DNA from: an uncultured Candidatus Entotheonella sp.
GTDB lineage: Bacteria > Tectomicrobia > Entotheonellia > Entotheonellales > Entotheonellaceae
NCBI GenBank assembly: GCA_965215335.1
Contig: CBDCDA010000001.1
Coordinates: forward strand, 512,001 to 576,000
Reading direction: 5' to 3'
Length of the DNA: 64,000 bases
Position 1 is the first letter of the stretch. The number at the start of each line of letters is the position of its first letter. Below, in pieces: positions 20,348 through 29,255 of this stretch. The notes under the pieces are model-generated. The model did not search any database, was not told the origin of the DNA, and worked only from the letters and a program-made list of their open reading frames with translations. The translations under genes were made by a program, and so were the position numbers.

Positions 20348-20866
20348 GTGCTGAATATATTGCAAGAGAAAATCCGAGTCGTTCCCGACTTTCCCAAAGA
20401 AGGCATTACCTTCAAGGACATCACCCCGCTCTTGGCGAGTCCTGATGCTTTTCACGCCATGATCAATTCATTTGCCGACCGCTACGCCGGCAGAGGCGTT
20501 GCCCAAGTCGTCGGCATCGAAGCCCGTGGATTTATTCTTGCAGCAGCTCTGGCCTATAAGCTTAATGCCGGTCTGACACTGGTACGTAAACCGGACAAAT
20601 TGCCTGTCGAGACACTGAAAGCCTCTTACGAACTCGAGTATGGCGCTGACGCACTGGAAATCCATCGCGATGCAGTGGCGCCGGGTTCGCGCGTCGTGCT
20701 GGTCGATGACGTTCTTGCCACGGGTGGAACCATTTGCGCAGCACTTGACCTGCTCCAAAGACTCCAATGCGAGGTCGTCGAGGTCGCTTTTCTCATTGAA
20801 TTGTGCGCCCTGAACGGTCGCGAACGCCTGCAGAACCATCAGGTCTTTGCGCTCTTGCAAGATTGA
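20348..20866 (+). CDS. apt: Adenine phosphoribosyltransferase
   Basis: PDFPKEGITFKDITPLL, EARGF, VLVDDVLATGGT. Confidence 0.96.
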   Translation: MLNILQEKIRVVPDFPKEGITFKDITPLLASPDAFHAMINSFADRYAGRGVAQVVGIEARGFILAAALAYKLNAGLTLVRKPDKLPVETLKASYELEYGADALEIHRDAVAPGSRVVLVDDVLATGGTICAALDLLQRLQCEVVEVAFLIELCALNGRERLQNHQVFALLQD

Positions 20867-20892
20867 GATCGACTGATTCGCTGAGACCCACC

Positions 20893-22002
20893 ATGCCGGC
20901 TTCCACATGGTTGCAAGGGCGCGGAACAAACCGGTCTGAGGAAGCCGTCTTACTACGCAACATCCTTAAGAAAGTTTCCCGGTCATTCTACTTGAGCCTG
21001 ACCGTCCTCCCGAGATCCGTTCGGAGGCAAATGGGCCTGGCTTATCTTTTTTGCCGCGCCGCCGACACCATCGCCGACACGTGCATTCTACCGCGTCACG
21101 AACGCTTGCCCATCCTCCATACCTTTCGCGCACAATTCCAGAAAGATTCGCCCTCACGGCTTGCCATCGGCCAACTGCAACAGAGAGTGCAACACCGCCT
21201 GCCACAAGCCTCCGAGGGTGAGCGCCAACTGCTGCTGCGCCTGCATGACTGCTTCCGGATATACAGCCGTTTGTCCTCTGATGACCAGCGCCTCGTAAAG
21301 AATCTCGTATTGACCCTGACGCGAGGTATGGAGATGGATCTGACCTGTTTTCCGGGAGACACGCCCGCAGACCTGCGCGCCCTGCCGGATGTGGCTTCAC
21401 TTGAACGATATACCTATTACGTGGCCGGGGTCGTGGGCGAATTCTGGACGCTGCTTTGCAGCGCCAACCTGCGTGTCTTCCGGAATCACCGTAACTGTCA
21501 ACAACTCGTCACTTTGGGCATGTACTTCGGTCACGGACTACAGCTGACGAATATCCTTAGAGACGTAGGGAAGGACTTGCAAGGTGGCCGCTGCTATCTC
21601 CCTGAAGACGAACTGCGCCGGCTCAGCTTGCAAGCGCATGACCTGCTTGATCCAACGTCGCTGTCTCAGGTTCGGCCTTTGATTTTCAGCTTGATTGAAC
21701 GCACCTTGGAACACCTGGATCGCGCCAGTTGTTATGTTCGGCAGCTGCCACGCAGGGCGCTGCGGGTTCGACTGAGCTGCATGTGGCCATTGTTATTCGC
21801 GGTCCAAACGCTAGAAGAGGTCTGCCGGTCAGAGAGCTTGCTGTCCCCTCAGGAAAGGGTAAAGATCTCTCGTCAGGCCGTCTGTCGCACCATACTGCGT
21901 TCACTCTGGTGCCTGGCATTTCCTTTCAGTTTTTCACGTTACTACGCGAGCCAGCGTGACCGCCTCACACATGCTTTGTCTCAACGGGCTCCGCAAGATT
22001 GA
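20893..22002 (+). CDS. Squalene/phytoene synthase family protein (head-to-head prenyl synthase)
   Basis: VSRSF, CRAADTIAD, YYVAGVVG, LQLTNILRD, GRCYLP; start uncertain. Confidence 0.88.
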   Translation: MPASTWLQGRGTNRSEEAVLLRNILKKVSRSFYLSLTVLPRSVRRQMGLAYLFCRAADTIADTCILPRHERLPILHTFRAQFQKDSPSRLAIGQLQQRVQHRLPQASEGERQLLLRLHDCFRIYSRLSSDDQRLVKNLVLTLTRGMEMDLTCFPGDTPADLRALPDVASLERYTYYVAGVVGEFWTLLCSANLRVFRNHRNCQQLVTLGMYFGHGLQLTNILRDVGKDLQGGRCYLPEDELRRLSLQAHDLLDPTSLSQVRPLIFSLIERTLEHLDRASCYVRQLPRRALRVRLSCMWPLLFAVQTLEEVCRSESLLSPQERVKISRQAVCRTILRSLWCLAFPFSFSRYYASQRDRLTHALSQRAPQD

Positions 22003-22026
22003 CCGTACGCCATACGATGATAGAAT
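21999..22026 (+). promoter_or_regulatory. Sigma70-type promoter for tRNA-Arg/EF-G paralog
   Basis: TTGACC-N16-TAGAAT with a TG extension. Confidence 0.5.
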
Positions 22027-22087
22027 AAGCGGCCTTGCTCCACAGGAAACCGGTCCGATTCCCTGAATGCGGGAAGACAAGAAGCCT

Positions 22088-22161
22088 GCCTTCGTAGCTC
22101 AGCAGGATAGAGCAGCGGATTCCTAATCCGCAGGTCGCAGGTTCGAGTCCTGCCGGGGGCA
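22088..22161 (+). tRNA. tRNA-Arg (CCT)
   Basis: GCCTTCG/CGGGGGC acceptor stem; anticodon arm GCGGA-TTCCTAA-TCCGC; GTTCGAGTC. Confidence 0.93.
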
Positions 22162-22267
22162 TTCATCAGGTACAGAAATCGCATGGGTGGGTCGAGACAC
22201 AAGTCCAATTCGGGGTCGTTTCGCAACTGGTTAGGACAGTCATTTTGGAACATGGAAGGGGAGAACA

Positions 22268-24292
22268 GTGGCTGAGAATAACGCGCAGAAAATCCGCAAT
22301 GTGGCTCTTGTGGGGCACTCAGGCAACGGAAAGACCGTGTTGAGTGAAGCCATGCTTCTGAAGGGTGGGGAAATTAACCGTCTTGGCAGGATAAACGACG
22401 GAACGACTGCAAGTGACTTCGATATAGACGAGAAAGAAGGCCAGAAATCCGTCTATTCCGCCGTGCTTCACACCACCTGGAAAGGTCGAGACGTCAATAT
22501 CATTGACACCCCCGGAGCGGCCGACTTCGTCGGCGAGGTGTACGGTGCTCTTTCGGTCGTGGAACTTGCCGTCATCACGGTCAACGCCGCATCGGGCATC
22601 GAAGTCGGCACCCGAAAAGCCTGGGACCTGGCGCAGCAACAAGGCTGCGCGTGCATGTTTGTGATCACGCGAATGGATGCCGACAACGCTCAATTTGACG
22701 ATGTGGTAGCGTCCCTGCAGGAAAATTTCGGGTCGGCCTGTACACCCTTGATGCTTCCTGTTGGCAGTGGCAGTTCCTTCTCGGGGGTCGTCAATCTACT
22801 CCATCCCGGTGACAGTCCTGCCAACGTGACCGAGACCGTCGAAGAACAACGGGGCGTACTTATGGAATCGGTAATCTCCGGCGACGACGCCCTGCTGGAA
22901 CGTTATCTTGAAGGTGAAACCATCCCTCAAGAGGAATTGGAGCGCGTATTTGTCCAGGTCCTGGTTGATCGGTCGATTGTTCCCATTCTTTGCTGCGCCG
23001 CCGAGGCGGATCAAGGAATTACCGAAATCATGGACTTTGTTGCCGGTTATGCGCCATCTCCAGATTACGCGACGAAAGAAGTCGTGGGTGACAACGCGGC
23101 GGACGCACATGATATTGATCTCGGAGGTCCCCTTGAGGCGCAGGTTTTCAAGATCATATCCGATGAATTTGTGGGCAAAGTCAGCTTTTTCCGCGTCTAT
23201 TCGGGTCTCGTGCGCGCCGGTGACACCGTCATTTTGGCCCATTCAGGCAAGTCGGTCAAAATCCCCAAGATCTTTCGCCCTCAGGGAAAAGACCAGCGGG
23301 AAGTGAACGAGGCAGCTCCCGGAGCTATCGTCGCCACCGCAAAAGTCGAGGAGTTTCGAGTCGGCGATACCTTGGTGGCGAGCAAAGACCAGAAGCCTTT
23401 TGTTGTACCTCGTTATCCGATACCCATGGTTTCGCGGGCCGTCGAACCCAAGAGTCGCGGCGACGAGGCAAAGATTTCCGAAAGTTTGCGGCGCCTTGCC
23501 GAGGCCGACCCAACCTTTCAAGTGGAAATGAATTCCCAAACCAAGGAACTCGTCATCTCGGGAATCGGTGAACAGCATATCGGCTTGATGTTGAATCGCT
23601 TGCACCGGCGCGGGGTGGAAGTGACGACGAAGCTTCCGAAAATTGCTTATCGCGAAACGATAAGCAGTAAAGCCGACATTCGCTATCGCCATAAGAAACA
23701 GACGGGCGGTGCCGGGCAATTCGCCGAGTGTGCAATCCGTGTCGAACCTACCGCTCGCGGAACCGGATACGAGTTTGTCGACAAGATCTTTGGCGGCGTT
23801 ATCAGCCAACCGTTCCGGCAGAGCGTTGACAAAGGTATCCAGGACAAGATGGCGGAAGGCGTGCTGACGGATTATCCCGTCGTGGATATCAAGGTCGAAC
23901 TCTATGATGGCAAAGAGCACCCCGTGGACAGTAAGGACATCGCGTTTCAGATTGCCGGGCGCGAGGCGCTCAAGGAAGCCGTTCAGCAAGCCACACCTGT
24001 TTTGCTGGAACCCGTTATCAAACTTGAGGTCACGGTACCATCCAAGTATATGGGCGACATTACCGGCGACATCAGCAGCCGACGCGGTCGGGTAATCGGC
24101 ATTGATAGCGTCGGCAACCTGCAGGTTGTTCGGTCGGAGGTGCCCTTGGCCGAAGTGCAGCAGTACAGCGCTTTTCTACAGTCGGTAACGGGAGGGGAGG
24201 GCTCATACGCCATCAAATTTCTGCGTTACGAAGTTCTCCCCCAGCACTTGATGCAAGCGGTTGTCGCAAGCGCAAAAACTGTGGAGTCGTAA
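22268..24292 (+). CDS. Elongation factor G paralog (EF-G2 type) with divergent GTPase motifs
   Basis: Five-domain EF-G layout (KKQTGGAGQF, HPVDS, LLEP); G-motifs GHSGNGKT, DTPGA, TRMD; not in an rpsL-rpsG operon. Confidence 0.92.
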   Translation: MAENNAQKIRNVALVGHSGNGKTVLSEAMLLKGGEINRLGRINDGTTASDFDIDEKEGQKSVYSAVLHTTWKGRDVNIIDTPGAADFVGEVYGALSVVELAVITVNAASGIEVGTRKAWDLAQQQGCACMFVITRMDADNAQFDDVVASLQENFGSACTPLMLPVGSGSSFSGVVNLLHPGDSPANVTETVEEQRGVLMESVISGDDALLERYLEGETIPQEELERVFVQVLVDRSIVPILCCAAEADQGITEIMDFVAGYAPSPDYATKEVVGDNAADAHDIDLGGPLEAQVFKIISDEFVGKVSFFRVYSGLVRAGDTVILAHSGKSVKIPKIFRPQGKDQREVNEAAPGAIVATAKVEEFRVGDTLVASKDQKPFVVPRYPIPMVSRAVEPKSRGDEAKISESLRRLAEADPTFQVEMNSQTKELVISGIGEQHIGLMLNRLHRRGVEVTTKLPKIAYRETISSKADIRYRHKKQTGGAGQFAECAIRVEPTARGTGYEFVDKIFGGVISQPFRQSVDKGIQDKMAEGVLTDYPVVDIKVELYDGKEHPVDSKDIAFQIAGREALKEAVQQATPVLLEPVIKLEVTVPSKYMGDITGDISSRRGRVIGIDSVGNLQVVRSEVPLAEVQQYSAFLQSVTGGEGSYAIKFLRYEVLPQHLMQAVVASAKTVES

Positions 24293-24354
24293 TTGCCGAG
24301 CGGCTTTTGCCGAATTTGAGCAGATGCAGACCCGTTGAATGAAAGGCCCTTGTC

Positions 24355-25077
24355 GTGCCAAGGCAGCGTATAACACGCAAGGAATTATTACGCCAACCAG
24401 ACCAATTCATCACGCGCAGCGCACGGATGATCGAGTGGGCGGAAGCGAATGCATCGTCCATCCTTTACGGTGTCGGGGCTGTCATCCTTGTCGGGGCTCT
24501 GGCCGGGGGATGGTTTGTGTGGCAGGCAAAGCGCTATCATCGGGCCGAGGCGCTACTGTACGAAGCCGTCAATGCAGGCAACGACGGCAATACCTTGCAG
24601 GATGCTTCTCGGGACAATCAAATGGTGGGCGCCTTACAGGCTCTCGTGCGCGACCATGACCGCACGCCCGCCGCGGCTCAGGCTTATTGGCATCTCGGAC
24701 GCCTCTATTTTGCCCGTGCCGATTACGTGGCCGCGCTGGAGGCATACGAGCAGGCCCGACGCCGCTTGTCCGGCGGCAATCAGTCCGTCTTGATGCAAAC
24801 CTTGATAGCGCTGAATATGGCCTACGCTGAAGAAGCGCAAGGTGCCTGCGCCCGGGCTTTAGAGAATTTTGAGGCCGTGGTGCAGGCACCGACGGCGACG
24901 TGGCTACGAGGCGAGGCGTACTTGGGAATGGGTCGCTGCCACGAGGAATCCGGCGCTCCAGGGATGGCAGCCGAAGTTTACAACCGTGCGTTGTCCGATG
25001 CCGAGGTAAACGAATCCACACGCCAGATTCTGGAAGAACGCCTTGCAAATGTCGAACATGCCGGGATGCCCAACTGA
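24355..25077 (+). CDS. Membrane-anchored TPR protein (YfgM-like)
   Basis: RKELLRQPDQF, one TM, TPR-like helices. Confidence 0.75.
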   Translation: MPRQRITRKELLRQPDQFITRSARMIEWAEANASSILYGVGAVILVGALAGGWFVWQAKRYHRAEALLYEAVNAGNDGNTLQDASRDNQMVGALQALVRDHDRTPAAAQAYWHLGRLYFARADYVAALEAYEQARRRLSGGNQSVLMQTLIALNMAYAEEAQGACARALENFEAVVQAPTATWLRGEAYLGMGRCHEESGAPGMAAEVYNRALSDAEVNESTRQILEERLANVEHAGMPN

Positions 25078-25084
25078 ATCTGGA

Positions 25085-25112
25085 ACTTCTGATAAGTTAT
25101 ATTATGTAAACT
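25085..25112. other. dif: dif-like XerC/XerD recombination site (chromosome dimer resolution)
   Basis: ACTTCTGATAA-GTTATA-TTATGTAAACT: 11-6-11 layout with a canonical XerD arm, in the intergenic gap where gene orientation flips. Confidence 0.88.
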
Positions 25113-25124
25113 TTCGTATAAGAG

Positions 25125-25152
25125 AGAGTCTGTTCCATTAGGAACAGACTCT
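25125..25152. terminator. Perfect hairpin between convergent genes, probable terminator
   Basis: AGAGTCTGTTCC-ATTA-GGAACAGACTCT, 12-bp perfect stem downstream of both the TPR gene and pnp. Confidence 0.65.
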
Positions 25153-25174
25153 AAGGATCCCTTGGGGCCAGGAA

Positions 25175-27349
25175 TCAGCCGATTCCGGCCGCTTCCTGAT
25201 CTCGGATGGCTTCTTTATGGCTGAGCTTGATGCGGCCGTTTCGGTTGTCCACCTCCAGCACCTTCACTATAATGCGATCCCCTTCCTGCACTTCGTCGCT
25301 CACCTTGTTCACCCGCTTCTCCGAGATCTGCGAGATGTGCAGCAGGCCGTCAGTACCGGGGAAAATTTCCACGAAAGCGCCGAAATCCATGATCTTCCTG
25401 ACAGTCCCCATATAGATCTGGCCGACCTCGGCCTCCTTGGTCAATTCCCGGACCATCTGGACCGCCTCCTGGGAGGCCATTTCGTTGGCCGACGCTATCA
25501 GAACAGTTCCATCGTCTTCAATGTCGATGGTTACGCCGGTCGCTTCAATGATGCCGCGTATCGTCTTGCCACCCGGTCCAATGACCTCGCGCACTTTGTC
25601 CTTGTTAATCTTCAAGGTGACAATTCGCGGCGCATAAGCCGAGGTTTCAACTCGCGGCCCATCCAAGATGCCCTGCATCTCTCGCAATATATGCACTCGG
25701 CCTTGCCGCGCCTGTTCCAAAGCCTGAGCCATGATCTCGCGGGACACGCCTGTGATTTTGATATCCATCTGGATAGCCGTGATACCCTGCGCCGTTCCGG
25801 CAACCTTGAAATCCATATCGCCCAGATGATCCTCTACCCCGAGGATGTCCGACAAGACCGCTATCCCCTCCCCTTCCGCGATGAGTCCCATCGCAATGCC
25901 GGCAACCGGCGCCTTGATGGGGACCCCCGCATCCATGAGGGCAAGCACACTGCCGCATACCGTCGCCATGGAGGATGAGCCATTGGACTCCATAATGTCC
26001 GAAACCACCCGCAACGTGTATGGAAAGGTTTCATGGGGCGGAATGACGGGCCGTATGGCGCGTTCCGCCAACGCCCCATGACCGATTTCGCGCCGCCCGG
26101 GGCCGCGCAAGGGTCGCACCTCACCGACACTGTAGGCTGGGAAATTGTAGTGGAGCATGAAGCGCTTCGAGGTCTTGCCCCCCAGGTCGTCCATGATCTG
26201 CTCATCGCTTTGTGTCCCCAATGTCGCGACCACGAGGGCTTGCGTTTCGCCACGGGTAAATAACGCCGAACCGTGCGTGCGCGGCAGCATGGAGACACGG
26301 CCACCGATCGGCCGAATATCGACAAGGCCGCGTCCATCGGCACGCCGGCCCTCTTCGAGAATCTGCCGACGCATCTCCACACTTTCCATGTCATGCAAAA
26401 AGGCCCTGATCGTCTTGGCACTTGGCGCTGTATCCGACGCCTCCGAATCCTCATCCTCGAACGCTTTCGCTACGTCCTGTTCAAGCGTCGCCACCGCTTC
26501 CTGGCGCTCCAGTTTCCCCGAAAGCGCCAAGGCGGCCTTGAGCCGCTCATGAGCCATTGCATGGACATTTTGCCGCAACATCTCATCGACGACCGGAGGG
26601 ACAACCAGCAGCTTGGCCTTGCCCACCTGCCGTTGCAATTGAAGCTGCAAATCAATACAGGCCTGCAAGGCTTGGTGAGCCGTCTCCAAAGCAGACAAGA
26701 CGATGTCCTCGGGAAGTTCCAGCGCCCCGCCTTCCACCATGACAATGGCTTCCTGGCTTCCGGCTACAACCATATTCAATTGACCACGTTCCAGCTCTTC
26801 GTTGGTTGGATTGATGACGATCCGATGATCCGTGTACCCTGCGCGCACTGCCCCAACAGGTCCCAGGAACGGGATATCGGAAACGGTCAGTGCGGCCGAA
26901 GCAGCGATGAGAGCCACGATGTCCGGGTCATTCTCGTTATCCACAGAAAGTACGGTACAGAGAATCTGCGTTTCCTTGTTGTAACCACTAGGAAAAAGCG
27001 GCCGCAACGGACGGTCGATGATACGCGAGGTTAAAGTCTCCTTCTCCCCTGGCCGCCCTTCCCGCTTGAAAAAACCGCCAGGAATTTTCCCCGCCGCGTA
27101 AGTCCTTTCACGATAATCAACAGTCAGTGGAAAGAAATCTACCTCGCCGCGGTCATCCGTGGCGGCGGTAACGGCAGCCAATACGACCGTATCGCCATAC
27201 CTCACCAGGGCGGAGCCGTTTGCCTGCTTGGCGATTTCGCCTGTTTCGATAGTCAAGGTGCGGCCGTTAATTACGCAACTTGCTGTTTGGTGATCCAATG
27301 TTGTTCCCCCAATCGAACTCATATCGATAGCCTGGCCGGATGATCTCAA
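25175..27349 (-). CDS. pnp: Polyribonucleotide nucleotidyltransferase
   Basis: [39 protein letters not shown] and S1 domains; true start likely a few codons downstream. Confidence 0.98.
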   Translation of the reverse strand: MRSSGQAIDMSSIGGTTLDHQTASCVINGRTLTIETGEIAKQANGSALVRYGDTVVLAAVTAATDDRGEVDFFPLTVDYRERTYAAGKIPGGFFKREGRPGEKETLTSRIIDRPLRPLFPSGYNKETQILCTVLSVDNENDPDIVALIAASAALTVSDIPFLGPVGAVRAGYTDHRIVINPTNEELERGQLNMVVAGSQEAIVMVEGGALELPEDIVLSALETAHQALQACIDLQLQLQRQVGKAKLLVVPPVVDEMLRQNVHAMAHERLKAALALSGKLERQEAVATLEQDVAKAFEDEDSEASDTAPSAKTIRAFLHDMESVEMRRQILEEGRRADGRGLVDIRPIGGRVSMLPRTHGSALFTRGETQALVVATLGTQSDEQIMDDLGGKTSKRFMLHYNFPAYSVGEVRPLRGPGRREIGHGALAERAIRPVIPPHETFPYTLRVVSDIMESNGSSSMATVCGSVLALMDAGVPIKAPVAGIAMGLIAEGEGIAVLSDILGVEDHLGDMDFKVAGTAQGITAIQMDIKITGVSREIMAQALEQARQGRVHILREMQGILDGPRVETSAYAPRIVTLKINKDKVREVIGPGGKTIRGIIEATGVTIDIEDDGTVLIASANEMASQEAVQMVRELTKEAEVGQIYMGTVRKIMDFGAFVEIFPGTDGLLHISQISEKRVNKVSDEVQEGDRIIVKVLEVDNRNGRIKLSHKEAIRDQEAAGIG

Positions 27350-27355
27350 AAGGCC

Positions 27356-27625
27356 CTAGCGCCGGATCCCCAAACGGGTGATCACGTCCTGATAACGGGT
27401 AAAATCGTGCTTCTTGACATAATCCAGCAAACGACGACGGCGTCCCACGAGTTTACGCAAGCCGCGTCTGGAATGATGATCTTTCTTGTGTGTCCTGAAA
27501 TGCTCGGTCAGATACGTGATACGTGCACTTAAGATGGCGATCTGCACCTCCGACGAACCAGTGTCTGTCCGGTGCATGCGAAAATCACTGATGACCGCCT
27601 CTTTTTCCTCTTTCAACAAAGACAT
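27356..27625 (-). CDS. rpsO: 30S ribosomal protein S15
   Basis: [21 protein letters not shown]. Confidence 0.98.
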   Translation of the reverse strand: MSLLKEEKEAVISDFRMHRTDTGSSEVQIAILSARITYLTEHFRTHKKDHHSRRGLRKLVGRRRRLLDYVKKHDFTRYQDVITRLGIRR

Positions 27626-27658
27626 GACGCTTCCTTTCAGGTTGCGAACACAACCATT

Positions 27659-28564
27659 TCATGGAATCAGGAGCTTCCATTTGGCCGGGTCACTTGTTCG
27701 GCGTTGTATTACCGCTACAGTGTTATCGGGTGAAGTACACAGTCGGTAATATGGAGAGAATGACGGCCAGGGACACGCTTCGCGCAGAATAGCAGGCAGA
27801 GCTGCACGATGTTGTTTTCGCAAGCCGCAGTATTGTTGCGCAGTAAGCGACAGAGAAGGAAGAAACGCCACCGCCCGGGCAGTTGGAATGACAAAGGAGT
27901 TCAGAACCTGCTCCCGCACGTGCCACCCTGGAACAGCAAGCGGATAGGCGTCCCGCAACGTGTAAGAGCCCACCCGGCAGCGTTGCAAGTGAGTCACATG
28001 TGCGCCATAACCCAAGGCCAAACCGATATCTTCACCCAACGTGCGGACATAGGTTCCTTTGGAACACGTAACGGCAAGCGTCACTCTCGTTCCCCGCACC
28101 TCCAGCAGCTGCAATCGCCGCACAAAGATGTCACGCGCCGGCCTGTCAACGGTATACCCCTGTCGGGCTAGACGATAGAGACGCTCCCCACCGTGCTTGA
28201 GAGCAGAGTACATGGGTGGCGTCTGCTTGAGGCGACCTGTGAACTGCGACAGTACCGATTCGACGTGCCTGCGCGAAAGCGCCGCAGGCACGGTACGGAC
28301 ACGCACGACCCTGCCTGCGGCGTCCTGCGTGTCCGTGCAGACACCCAACTGCAAGACTACCCAATACGTTTTTTCCAGCGCTTCAAAAACCTTGGCGAAC
28401 TTTGTCGCCCGGCCAAGGCACAAAAGGAGTACACCATTGGCAGCCGGGTCCAGCGTTCCCGTGTGTCCCACGGCGCGGATATCCGACATCCGCCGCACGA
28501 TGTCCACGGCGTCATGCGACGTCATGCCTCGGGGTTTATCAACACTGAGGATGCCGTCAGGCAT
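27659..28564 (-). CDS. truB: tRNA pseudouridine 55 synthase
   Basis: DKPRGMTSHD, GHTGTLDP, PPMYSA, CSKGTYVR. Confidence 0.95.
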   Translation of the reverse strand: MPDGILSVDKPRGMTSHDAVDIVRRMSDIRAVGHTGTLDPAANGVLLLCLGRATKFAKVFEALEKTYWVVLQLGVCTDTQDAAGRVVRVRTVPAALSRRHVESVLSQFTGRLKQTPPMYSALKHGGERLYRLARQGYTVDRPARDIFVRRLQLLEVRGTRVTLAVTCSKGTYVRTLGEDIGLALGYGAHVTHLQRCRVGSYTLRDAYPLAVPGWHVREQVLNSFVIPTARAVAFLPSLSLTAQQYCGLRKQHRAALPAILREACPWPSFSPYYRLCTSPDNTVAVIQRRTSDPAKWKLLIP

Positions 28565-28937
28565 GCGGCGAACCGCCTTCCTCGCCTGCCGCTGAAGCAG
28601 AGGTCAAGTCGTGCAAAAGCCGCGATATCCGGACGCTGTCGGCAATCGCCGTATCCAATTTGAAGGTCAAGCTGGGCGTATGGCGCAACTTCACGCGTTT
28701 GCCTAATTGACTCCGAATGAACCCCACGGCGCGCGCGAACCCTTCCATGGTTTCCTTTTGTTCGTCTTCGTTGCCTACCCTGCTGACATACACGCGAGCC
28801 TCGCGCAAATCAGGCGAAACATCCACACGCGAAATCGTCGCCATCCGCAGACGCGGATCCTTGAGTTGCCGTAACAGAAGGTCGGCGATTTCCGACTGCA
28901 GCAATTCCGCTACGCGCGTTGGACGATGATTTTGCAT
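28557..28937 (-). CDS. rbfA: Ribosome-binding factor A
   Basis: KDPRL, VSPDLREARVY, LRHTPSLTF. Confidence 0.95.
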   Translation of the reverse strand: MQNHRPTRVAELLQSEIADLLLRQLKDPRLRMATISRVDVSPDLREARVYVSRVGNEDEQKETMEGFARAVGFIRSQLGKRVKLRHTPSLTFKLDTAIADSVRISRLLHDLTSASAAGEEGGSPHA

Positions 28938-28943
28938 GAGGCT

Positions 28944-29249
28944 TTACCAGAACTCGATATGGTAATCCAGCATTTCGGCCACATACATCGAATCGACGAA
29001 ATTGACGACTTTGCTCAGAATGCCGTTTGCGTGATCGTGCGCCGTACTCACCACGGCGACACCCAACAAGGCGCGCTGCCACTTGTCCTGATAATCAACC
29101 TCGGCAATCGACACATTGAAATTGTTTTTGACGCGCGTCGTCATGCTTTTCAGTATCTGCCTCTTGCCCTTAAGGGATCGCGTTTCCGGCAACCGCAATT
29201 CAATGGTGCACACACCTACAATCATGACAGCAAATGTCTTCGGAGCCAC
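28944..29249 (-). CDS. DUF503 (YlxP) family protein
   Basis: SLKGKR, FNVSIAEV..QDKWQ; between infB and rbfA. Confidence 0.88.
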   Translation of the reverse strand: MAPKTFAVMIVGVCTIELRLPETRSLKGKRQILKSMTTRVKNNFNVSIAEVDYQDKWQRALLGVAVVSTAHDHANGILSKVVNFVDSMYVAEMLDYHIEFW

Positions 29250-29255
29250 GAGCGT

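Noticed and set aside
19975..22161. tRNA genes as integration sites
   Set aside because: No duplicated tRNA 3' ends or adjacent integrase were noticed; neighbours are core genes.
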